DNA from: a virus
Reading direction: 5' to 3' (one strand)
DNA: 64,000 nucleotides
Virus record (IMG/VR): IMGVR_UViG_3300048442_000818
Coordinates: 9,831-73,830 of that record
The notes under the pieces are model-generated. The model was given only the letters and a program-made list of their open reading frames with translations. It did not search any database and was not told the DNA's origin. The stretch's first letter is position 1, and each line of letters begins with the position of its first letter. Below, piece by piece: positions 10,915 through 20,100 of this stretch. The translations under genes were made by a program, and so were the position numbers.

Positions 10915-11224
10915 AACAATCAATGCAGCACTGGATAACCAGCAAAATAACCTATCCGGTGGCTTTACTAATTACTATCTCGCTCAAGTAGATAATCCAC
11001 AGCGGGATGAACAAGAACCTTATCAAGCTGAATGTGAGGATATCATTGAAGCTCTTGAGATGAATCCTGATGAAGCCAATATTTTTAAAGAAATTTGGCG
11101 TACAGCTAATGCTCGAAAGGGTAACGGCAAACCAGGTAATACACCCCTAAGAGCAGCAGAAAAGTATGTTCACTACTCTCGTCGTATTTATCGACGTGCT
11201 TTAAGAACAGCTAAAGCTCAGTAA
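10892..11224 (+). CDS. DUF3310-like protein (possible nucleotide kinase family)
   Basis: YY...ECEDIIEAL-M----NIFK-IWR...K...EK--HY pattern. Confidence 0.55.
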   Translation: MVQKAKNKTINAALDNQQNNLSGGFTNYYLAQVDNPQRDEQEPYQAECEDIIEALEMNPDEANIFKEIWRTANARKGNGKPGNTPLRAAEKYVHYSRRIYRRALRTAKAQ

Positions 11225-11231
11225 CATCCCC

Positions 11232-11259
11232 AAGCCGTAATCTCCGGTTACGGCTTTTT
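11232..11259 (+). terminator. Rho-independent terminator
   Basis: AAGCCGTAA/TTACGGCTT stem plus T-tract. Confidence 0.7.
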
Positions 11260-11277
11260 ATTCCAAGGAGATATTCC

Positions 11278-12246
11278 ATGGTTGTAACCAATAAGGGAGA
11301 TATCCCTATCGGTTTAGCTGTGTGGTTGCTGCATGATGAGTATGACTACGTTAATGAGTCAAATTACATCTCAGTAACCCAATTAATGAAACCACTGAGA
11401 CACATCATTCTACCTCGCAGAGTACCCGCAGAAGACCGTGTAGCAGACCTGGAAGATTACACCTCTCGTGCTTTGGGTAACTCTATCCATGATTCTATTG
11501 AGAAAGCCTGGATCAAGGGTTATGAGCGCAGCCTTAAGCTACTAGGTTACCCAGACAGTATGATTAAACGTGTCTGTGTAAATCCCACAGACGAAGAATT
11601 GGCAACTATTGAAAACCCCATTCCTGTTTACCTGGAACAACGTAGTATCCGTGAGTTTGGTAAATACAAACTTGGTGGTAAATATGACATGGTTGCTGAA
11701 GGTATTGTTCACGATAACAAATCAACTTCAGCATATACATGGTTATTTGGAACCAGAGATGAAGAGCACCGTCTTCAGGGTAGTCTTTATCGTTGGCTCA
11801 ATCCAAAGAGAATCACTGAAGATTTTATCCGTATTAACTTTATCTTCACTGATTGGCAAAAAGCTCAAGCTGCTCAAAATCCCAAGTATCCCCAAAAGCG
11901 TTTACTTCATAAAGACATTCCTCTTCTGTCTATTCAAGAAACAGAAGATTGGATCCAAGCTAAACTTAATTTGGTAGAGAAATACATCGATAGTCCTGAA
12001 AAGGATATTCCTGAATGCACAGATGAAGAACTCTGGCGTTCAGAAACTCAGTATAAGTACTACGCTAACCCCGAGAAGACCACTGGTCGATCCACTAAGA
12101 ATTTCTCTGATCCAGCATCAGCAAAGAAATACATGATGGAGAAAGGTGGTAAAGGTGTAATCGTCACTGTTCCTGGTGAGGTTAAGCGTTGTAATTACTG
12201 TGATGCTTTCCCTATCTGCACCCAAAAGGACAAGTACTTCTCATGA
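11278..12246 (+). CDS. PD-(D/E)XK exonuclease (N4 gp42-like)
   Basis: G---H, GKYD...DNKST, Q---Y motifs; C-terminal RCNYC---C. Confidence 0.8.
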   Translation: MVVTNKGDIPIGLAVWLLHDEYDYVNESNYISVTQLMKPLRHIILPRRVPAEDRVADLEDYTSRALGNSIHDSIEKAWIKGYERSLKLLGYPDSMIKRVCVNPTDEELATIENPIPVYLEQRSIREFGKYKLGGKYDMVAEGIVHDNKSTSAYTWLFGTRDEEHRLQGSLYRWLNPKRITEDFIRINFIFTDWQKAQAAQNPKYPQKRLLHKDIPLLSIQETEDWIQAKLNLVEKYIDSPEKDIPECTDEELWRSETQYKYYANPEKTTGRSTKNFSDPASAKKYMMEKGGKGVIVTVPGEVKRCNYCDAFPICTQKDKYFS

Positions 12247-14390
12247 TTGATCTAACTGGAGTCAGTCACCATCCCGCAATTGAAGAAATTGTGGAGGTGC
12301 TCTGTAATAAAACTCAGAATACTGATCGTGGTTTCTTTAGGACTGAAGTGGCTTACTTTTTGGCCAAGCTTGCTAGCAATATGCGGGCAACCGTTGTCAC
12401 GAAGGATCGTGGCGAGATTCCAGTAAATCTGTACGCACTAGCTTTAGCTACTTCTGGCTTCGGTAAAGGCCATTCAGTGAACGTCATGGAAAATGAGTTC
12501 ATCAGGGGCTTTAAGAAAAGATTCACAGAAGATACTATGCCAATTATCGCAGAGAAACATCTCTGGGATATTGCCAATGATCGTGCTCTCCGCAAAGGTA
12601 CTGACCAACAAGAAGAATACGATAAGGTAGAGGGCGAGTATAGGCGTGCTGGTGCGTTCCCGTTTACTTTTGACAGTGGTACCCCACCTGCTGTTAAACA
12701 GCTACGCCACAAGCTACTTCTGGCAGGCTGTGGCTCAATCAATCTACAGATTGATGAAATCGGTTCTAACCTGCTTGGTTCAGTAGATGTTCTTACTTTG
12801 TTCCTGGAGCTTTATGACCAGGGTATTGTGAAACAGAAACTAACCAAAAATACCAATGAGAACCAACGGAGTGAGGAGATCGATGGTAAAACCCCAACGA
12901 ACGCTCTGTTATTTGGTACCCCAAGCAAGCTGTTAGATGGTGGTCAGACCGAAGATCAGTTCTATTCTTTCCTGGAAACAGGGTATGCACGCCGATGTAT
13001 CTTTGGGTATGGACAACATGATCGAAAAGCCTTTAACTCGATGTCCCCTGAAGAGATCTACAAGCGGTTGATCCAGCCAGCAAACCACAATCTGGTGAAC
13101 AAATGGGCAAATCAGTTTGATAAATTAGCTGATCCCGCCATGTTCGGTTGGAAAATGGTAGTAGAAGATGATGTAGCTATACGTCTCTTGGAATACAAAA
13201 TTGCATGTGAAATGTCTGCTGACAACATGGCAGATCATGAAGAGATACGTAAAGCAGAACTCAGTCATCGGTACTTCAAGGCACTCAAATTAGCAGGTGC
13301 TTATGCTTTCATTGATGAAAGTAGTGAAGTGGAGATGGATCACTTAATGCAAGCAATTCTCTTGGTGGAAGAGTCTGGTGCTGCTTTTCAGACAATTCTC
13401 AATAGAGAAAAAACTTACGTTAAGTTGGCCAAATATATTGCTTCTGTTGGTTCAGAAGTAACCCATGCTGATTTGTTGGAAGCATTGCCATTTTATAAAT
13501 CAGGTAATGCTGCCCGTAATGAAATGATGACTTTAGCGACAGCATGGGGTTACAAAAAGCATATCATCATTAAGAAATCTTTTATTGATGGTATTGAATT
13601 CTTCAAGGGTGAAACTTTGGAGGAAACTGATCTAAATGAAATGGTGGTGGCTTACAGTGATCATTGGGCTTATCACTATTTGGGTGAGCGTGTTCCTTTT
13701 GATCAACTGCACGTAATGACTCAAGCAAAAGGAATGCATTGGGCAAACCATTTCTTTAAAAATGGCCACAGAGCCGAAGAGAATGTCTTTGCTGGTTTCA
13801 ACATGGTCGTTATTGATGTCGATGGCGATATCAGCTTAGATGCTGCCCATGAACTTATGAAAGAATATAAGTTCATGACTTATACCACTAAACGACACAC
13901 TGAGGAGGAGAATAGATTCAGACTTATTCTTCCCATCAACTACATGTTGGAATTGGATTCTGAAGAGTATAAAGAATTCATGAACAATGTGATGGGATGG
14001 TTACCGTTTAAAACAGATGATTCAGCTAACCAGAGATCCAAGAAGTGGGAGAGTTTCGATGGAAACTACCATTATAATTTTGATGGTGAAATTCTGGATG
14101 CTTTGAAGTTCATTCCTAAAACAAGTAAGAATGAATCTTATAAAAAGCAATTCCAGCAAGTGCAGTCCTTGGATAATCTGGAGCGTTGGTTCGCTCAACG
14201 CATCAGTACAGGTAATCGTAATAAGCAAATGCTGAAATACGCATTAGCTCTTGTTGATAATGGAATGAGCCTTGTGGATGTTAATAAACAGGTTCATGAA
14301 TTTAACAGCAAAATCAACAATCCACTTGATGCTTCAGAGATCGAATCAACGATCATGATTACTGTGGCAAAACGCTATCAACGCACCTAA
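12243..14390 (+). CDS. DNA primase (N4 gp43-like; P-loop N-domain, AEP-like and PriCT-like C-domains)
   Basis: TSGFGKG; VIDVD, TTKRH, RFRLILP; GNRN--ML-YA; synteny. Confidence 0.8.
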   Translation: MIDLTGVSHHPAIEEIVEVLCNKTQNTDRGFFRTEVAYFLAKLASNMRATVVTKDRGEIPVNLYALALATSGFGKGHSVNVMENEFIRGFKKRFTEDTMPIIAEKHLWDIANDRALRKGTDQQEEYDKVEGEYRRAGAFPFTFDSGTPPAVKQLRHKLLLAGCGSINLQIDEIGSNLLGSVDVLTLFLELYDQGIVKQKLTKNTNENQRSEEIDGKTPTNALLFGTPSKLLDGGQTEDQFYSFLETGYARRCIFGYGQHDRKAFNSMSPEEIYKRLIQPANHNLVNKWANQFDKLADPAMFGWKMVVEDDVAIRLLEYKIACEMSADNMADHEEIRKAELSHRYFKALKLAGAYAFIDESSEVEMDHLMQAILLVEESGAAFQTILNREKTYVKLAKYIASVGSEVTHADLLEALPFYKSGNAARNEMMTLATAWGYKKHIIIKKSFIDGIEFFKGETLEETDLNEMVVAYSDHWAYHYLGERVPFDQLHVMTQAKGMHWANHFFKNGHRAEENVFAGFNMVVIDVDGDISLDAAHELMKEYKFMTYTTKRHTEEENRFRLILPINYMLELDSEEYKEFMNNVMGWLPFKTDDSANQRSKKWESFDGNYHYNFDGEILDALKFIPKTSKNESYKKQFQQVQSLDNLERWFAQRISTGNRNKQMLKYALALVDNGMSLVDVNKQVHEFNSKINNPLDASEIESTIMITVAKRYQRT

Positions 14391-14396
14391 CCATTA

Positions 14397-14437
14397 GGGA
14401 TAATCAGTTCTTTCTTTGGTTTTGAACTGGTTATCCC
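14397..14437 (+). promoter_or_regulatory. 14-bp hairpin presenting TTTCTTTGGTT motif in loop
   Basis: GGGATAATCAGTTC / GAACTGGTTATCCC arms directly upstream of RBS. Confidence 0.5.
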
Positions 14438-14453
14438 ACAACAGGAGATTGAT

Positions 14454-15191
14454 ATGTCTCACGACCCGAATGAACCCAATGACCAGCTAGTACTGGTAGT
14501 TGGTTATTCAGCCACGGGTAAGAGTGCTTCTCTTAGAAATATCAGAGATCAGGATAAGTGGCTTTATCTGAATACTGAATCTGGTAAGCGCTTACCCTTC
14601 AAAAATAAGTTTCAATCATTTCGTATTTCAGATCCTTATCAAGTGTTTGAGGCATTTGATCATGGTACAGATAATCCTGATGTTAATGGTAACATTGTTG
14701 ACTCACTTACCTTCCTCATGGATATGTATGAGTCTCAGTACGTATTGGGATCTTCTAATACCATGCAAGGTTGGAGTAATTTCCAACAATACTTTAAAGA
14801 GTTGATGCAACAGAAGGTCACTCTGTTTAATAAACCAACTATTTTCACTGCCCATGTTCGTGATGACCTTGATGAAAAAAGTATGGAAATGAAAACTTCC
14901 GTACCCATTAAAGGTGCATTAAAGAACAATGGTGTGGAAGCTTATTTCTCCACGGTGGTAGCTGCTAAAAAAGTATCCATCAAAGAATTGGAGAAATATG
15001 GGAGTAACCTGTTAACCATTACTGAGGAAGAGAAGGATTTGGGCTATAAGCACGTATTCCAGACTCGACCTACAGCAAAAACAACAGGCGAAAGGATTCG
15101 ATCTCCCATGGGACTCTTTGATAAGAGTCAAACGTATATGGACAATGATGTTCAGCTTCTGCTGGATCATCTAAATGATTTCTACGATTAA
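14454..15191 (+). CDS. Sak4-like AAA ATPase / ssDNA annealing protein (N4 gp44-like)
   Basis: GYSATGKS, IVDSLT, FTAH; adjacent to SSB. Confidence 0.8.
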   Translation: MSHDPNEPNDQLVLVVGYSATGKSASLRNIRDQDKWLYLNTESGKRLPFKNKFQSFRISDPYQVFEAFDHGTDNPDVNGNIVDSLTFLMDMYESQYVLGSSNTMQGWSNFQQYFKELMQQKVTLFNKPTIFTAHVRDDLDEKSMEMKTSVPIKGALKNNGVEAYFSTVVAAKKVSIKELEKYGSNLLTITEEEKDLGYKHVFQTRPTAKTTGERIRSPMGLFDKSQTYMDNDVQLLLDHLNDFYD

Positions 15192-15221
15192 CTACCTACC
15201 TTTGCAAAGGAAGTAATTATC

Positions 15222-15962
15222 ATGAGTATGTTTAATAATCTAACCAATGAAGGTCTCGAAGAAACTCAAGACCGCCTTGGTGGTTTTGCTCCACTGGAAA
15301 CTGGTATTTACACCGGTGAAATTAAAGCATTGTACGGTGGTAAATCAGCCGGTGGTGCTACCAGTCTTACAGTCATTGTTGATTTTGAGGGTCGTGAGTA
15401 CCGGGAAACCCTGTATGTCACTAACCGTAAGGGAGAAAACTTCTTCCTGAATAAAGACGACAATACCAAAAAAGTACCTTTACCGGGCTTCACTGTTGCA
15501 GATGACATTTGTTTGATTGCAACTGGTGAGCCACTTGCGAACCAGGAACCAGAAGAGAAAGTAATCAAGGTATTCGATTTCGATGCCAAAAAGGAACTGC
15601 CTACCAATGTTCCAATGATTACTGCTGCTATCGGTCAAAAGATCTCTCTGGGTATCGTCAAGCAAACCGTTAATAAGAACGAAAAGCAAGGCGATGAATG
15701 GGTACCTACTGCTGAAACTCGTGACGAAAATGTCATTGAGAAGGTATTCCATCCTGAGCTAAAACTGACTGTTGCAGAAGCACGTAATGGTCAGGAAGAA
15801 GCTAAGTTCTGGGATGCCTGGATCCAGAAGAACGAAGGTCAGACCCGAGACAAGCGTAAGCTTAAAGGTGATCAAGGTGGTGTAACCGGTGCTCCTAAAG
15901 CCGGTGGTTCAGCCCCAGCATCATCCGGTCAACCACGTAAAAGCCTGTTTGGTGATAAGTAA
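15222..15962 (+). CDS. Single-stranded DNA-binding protein / late transcription activator (N4 gp45-like)
   Basis: D-LGG, YRETLYVT, LPGF motifs; C-terminal RKSLFG tail; synteny. Confidence 0.85.
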   Translation: MSMFNNLTNEGLEETQDRLGGFAPLETGIYTGEIKALYGGKSAGGATSLTVIVDFEGREYRETLYVTNRKGENFFLNKDDNTKKVPLPGFTVADDICLIATGEPLANQEPEEKVIKVFDFDAKKELPTNVPMITAAIGQKISLGIVKQTVNKNEKQGDEWVPTAETRDENVIEKVFHPELKLTVAEARNGQEEAKFWDAWIQKNEGQTRDKRKLKGDQGGVTGAPKAGGSAPASSGQPRKSLFGDK

Positions 15963-16012
15963 GTTTTAGGGGGTGTATTACACCCCCAACTCTCACCTAA
16001 ACAGGATGAGAT

Positions 16013-16834
16013 ATGTGGACAATCGAATTACCAATCCGAGTACCAATATCCAAAAAGAAGTTTTTCCTAATCAATTTGAATATGTACCGTAATGCTCACT
16101 TCCAAACACTGAACAAAGCTAAAAAGGTGTTTGCTGAACAGGTATCTCCGTTATTAAAAGGAATACCACACATGAGCGGTTGTACCATGGAATTTGTTCT
16201 ATATCCTGGTTCCCATCGTCTATGTGATGTGAGTAATATATGTTCAGTCGTGGATAAGTTTTTCTGCGATACGTTGGTAACTTGTGGTCATTTACCTGAT
16301 GACAACTACAATTACCTAACTGATATACGGTACAGGTTTGGAAAGGTGGATAAAATGAATCCTCGGGTTGAAGTCACTATTTCACCAGTGGGGGAAACCT
16401 CACCCATTAATCAGAATCAAAAGGAACAAGACATGCAAATCATCCTCGTCCAAGCCGAAGTAGAACAGGCTATCAAAGATTACATCAGTGAACGTCTCAC
16501 TCTCAGTGATGGTACTGAAATCCAAATCGATCTGTCCGCTACTCGTGGTGCAGATGGTATTAAAGCTACCATCGATTTGGTTGAAGGCCCCTCTCCTGTG
16601 GTAGAGAAAGACAAAGGTGTAAGTACCGATCAACCACAGAAAGCAGAAGCACAGGTTAAAACTGAAGAAGTAAAGTCTGAAGAGCCAGAAGCAGTTGAAG
16701 CCCCTGCTACCAAAGAACCAGAGCCAGATGCTGTTGAAGCTGTTGAAGCTAGTGAAGGCAAAGAAGAAGATAAAGAGGAAGAGGTTAAACCAAAAAGCCT
16801 ATTCTCTAATCTGAGTAAGCCTAAAAATAACTAG
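16013..16834 (+). CDS. RusA-like Holliday junction resolvase fused in-frame to an acidic-tailed domain (internal start at 16433)
   Basis: DVSN----DKF--D-L---G-L-DD and PRVEV RusA motifs; second SD+ATG at 16433. Confidence 0.7.
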   Translation: MWTIELPIRVPISKKKFFLINLNMYRNAHFQTLNKAKKVFAEQVSPLLKGIPHMSGCTMEFVLYPGSHRLCDVSNICSVVDKFFCDTLVTCGHLPDDNYNYLTDIRYRFGKVDKMNPRVEVTISPVGETSPINQNQKEQDMQIILVQAEVEQAIKDYISERLTLSDGTEIQIDLSATRGADGIKATIDLVEGPSPVVEKDKGVSTDQPQKAEAQVKTEEVKSEEPEAVEAPATKEPEPDAVEAVEASEGKEEDKEEEVKPKSLFSNLSKPKNN

Positions 16835-16855
16835 TACAGTTATTTTATAGCAGAT

Positions 16856-16886
16856 ATAAAAAGCCCCCTGTAAGGGGGCTTTTTAT
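16856..16886. terminator. Bidirectional terminator
   Basis: ATAAAAAGCCCCC-TGTAA-GGGGGCTTTTTAT perfect inverted repeat. Confidence 0.85.
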
Positions 16887-16898
16887 TTGGAGAAGTAA

Positions 16899-17135
16899 AT
16901 GAATACTTATTATCATTTTCAACGTAGAAAACTAAAATCCTGGTATTCAATAATTATTGAAACAGATGAGGAAAACGAAAGTAAATATGTGTTCTTTACA
17001 TCAAAAATACATAAGACAAAAAAACTTAAATTACCTATTTCATTTTCATTAGAATTTACAGATCAACAGATACTTAATGATCGTGATTTAGGAACTCAGT
17101 TATATAATAGATATGGAACAGATATTACTGAATAA
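16899..17135 (+). CDS. AT-rich hypothetical protein (moron-like)
   Basis: 78-aa ORF with SD GGAG between two near-identical terminators. Confidence 0.6.
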   Translation: MNTYYHFQRRKLKSWYSIIIETDEENESKYVFFTSKIHKTKKLKLPISFSLEFTDQQILNDRDLGTQLYNRYGTDITE

Positions 17136-17164
17136 AAGCCCCCTATCCTTGGGGGCTTTTTATT
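17131..17164. terminator. Bidirectional terminator at convergence of middle and late transcription
   Basis: AAAAGCCCCC-TATCCTT-GGGGGCTTTT. Confidence 0.85.
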
Positions 17165-17168
17165 TTGG

Positions 17169-20100
17169 TTAGTCCATCAGACTATACCAGGGGTTCAGTT
17201 CCCAACTGTTCCAACCCATTTCAGGACCAATTGAGTAACCAAGACTACCATCCATAGCTTGAGTGAAGATGTTATCATTTACTGGTAAACCAACACTGCT
17301 GGGTGCAGGTAGAGTTGATGCTACTAAGAAATGTAGAGGATTGTTTCTAAGAGTACTTAAGGCAATCTTAGCAATACGGATCTTGTAGTTGTAAAACCAC
17401 AGTAGACCCATATTCTCCATATACCCTCTCCAACGTCCCGGTAAGCGATCATAGTTCGCAAACTCGGTAGTTACCCTACCCAAAGCATCAGCACTACTCA
17501 TTTTCTTACGTTGAGTTAAATCATCGTAGAGTACTGCTTTAGCTACAAAGTCACTGTACTGTACAGACTTTTGAAGAGCCTGGAACAGTGGAGTGTCTTT
17601 CATGATTAAACCATACCGGGCAGCCGTTCTGAGTTTGGGGGGCAGCTTATCAATCTGCTTACTGAAGTAGCTGTACAGATTACCAGTAGTCAGTTCCAGA
17701 TCTTCAGAAGACATACCGATATCCGCAATAGTGCTGAATTCCCCTGCCTGGATCAAAGGCCAGATACTCAGACGCTGATTAGAGTCAGTGATGGATCGGA
17801 TCTCAGCACGCAGTTTACGCTCCCGTACAAAGTCTTGGCCTACCGCCCTGAGTTCAGCTTCCAAATCAATCTGACGTAAGCGGTTCTTCACATAAGCATT
17901 GATCTCTACCAGCTTAGCTGGATACCCACGTTTGATATCCCGTACCGGTACACCTCTACTCACCAACTGGTAAGTGGTTGAAATGAAGTTATACACCGGT
18001 ACTACCACCGATCTAACAATAATGTTAGTACGAATATCAGACATTATATTTTGTGTGAATTGTTCACCTTTCACTAGAGTTTTATAAGCATCTGGTCCCA
18101 TTAAACCAACAAAGAAGTTTCTCCAAGCTTCATTAGTTAATGGATCTCTGTTGTTGCTATTGGTCCAGAAATCACCAACAGAAGGGTTACGATAACCTAC
18201 TGCATCTTCTAGCATATCTTTACGAACCCAGAATTCATCCCCAAATTTGCGATGAATATAATCTCTAGTATCGTCAGAGAATAAATTCACAGCATCTCTT
18301 TGTACTGGGCTAAGATTAGAACCAAAAAGGTTCACATACTCGTTGATTTTATCACGGCTAATTTTCATATCAGCCGTATACATATCATGGAGTCTATCAA
18401 TAGAAGTCTCGTTGAAAATTTGAGACATCTTTTCTTCAACCTGACGACCTCGCCAAACACCTAACATCCGGCTTAGGTCTTGTGATTCAGGTTCCAAACG
18501 GGCTTTCTGTGCTGGATCCACTGACTGCTCGTAAGCAAAGATTTGGCCTCTCTCATCGAATACAGGCATCAGGTTCTCAACATCACCCTGTTCTTGAGAC
18601 AGTCTGCGAGTGATTCGGGTCACATCAGCACGCCCAAAGATACGACCTGCCACCAGATCAGAGGTGAGACCTGTATGGGGATCAACTCCTGAAGCCGTAC
18701 GGTTGATGTTCTGAATAAAGCCTTGAGCATAAGCAGTACGACCAGAAATAGGAGTAAAGTAGTAGCTCTTGCTTGAGCGTCGGTTATCCACATTACTACC
18801 GTTATACGGACCCATGTTCACATAACCACGGATCCGCATATTGGACTCCTGGGCATTCTCTTCAATACGTAGAGATGCACCAGGGCTTTGCTCAGCCGGT
18901 ATATGGCCTTTGTAGTGGTTCACCAGGGCCTTACCCTTGTTTGCCTTACGAAGCTCTGTTCTACGCTGTCCTTGAAGGTATCCCAGCACGAAGTTGAGAC
19001 CATTGCTCTCATCCTGAACCAAGGAGGCCATAGCCTGCTTATCCTGGGTGGATAAACCATCCACAGCGTACAGAGTGATCAGTTGATCAATAGACCGTTG
19101 TATGGAGCTGTCAGGTGCCTTCCAGCCTGCTTGTCTGGATTCACCAAATAGGTTTGAGATCGCATAAGCATTACGAAGCAGACTGACCCCTGTTTTACCG
19201 GTGTTCATGAAAGTGGCAAGTTGCTTCATCTTTCTTTGGTAAATAGGCCAGTGAGCAGTATCACTCTGCTGAATGAGTCCTTCCAGATCGTTGATCAAAG
19301 CATCCAGTGAAGTTTGGCTCTGGAATAGATCCACGATATCTTGCGCAGGCATTGTTTCCATCAGGGCTGCCAGATCCGTTTTACCCATAGAACGGTACAT
19401 TGAGGACCATTCTTCCTGAGACAGCTTTCGACTGAATTTGTTATGCAGCACTCGTGGAATTTCATCTCTAAAGTTCTGACGTAATTGCTGCACTGCTGCC
19501 CTGACAGTTTTGATCATGTCATAGACTTGAGCATTGCCTTCGGTACGATCTACAAGGTTGTTCACCAAATCATAGAACGGCTTCCAGATCCGACCACGGT
19601 TCATTAATCCCATCAGTTCTTGGGATACCATGTCGGCTCGTTCTTCAGAGGCAATGGACGAAGCCAGCTTTAGGAAGTTACCTGCGAGTTTAGTTGGAAG
19701 ACTCTGGGATTCCTGTCCTTTGGTTCCAAGTTTGTAACCGGTATCTGCAAGGGTTTGCATACCGTTTACCATCCAATCGTTTACAGCGTCATATTTATTA
19801 CCAATCTTATCTGTTACCTCGCGGATAGTGGTCTGCTCATCCAAAGCAGCTTTGGTAATCTGATTCATCAAATTATCCATAGCCGCTTTGACATTGGCAG
19901 CATCACGCTGACCTGACATACGATTTGACAGTGAATCTGATGCAGTGACCAATAAGTTATCCAAAGCAGCATCCATAGTTTTTTGATCTGACTTAACAGA
20001 TTTTGGAACCTGCATATTTGCTAAGATATCTCTAAACTCTTGGTTCACAGTGGATAGTGCAATGAACACAGGTAACAGAGTAGTGCGCCCATATGCATCT

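Noticed and set aside
11278-12246. Cas4 / CRISPR association
   Set aside because: Core N4-like PD-(D/E)XK exonuclease in its normal replication context
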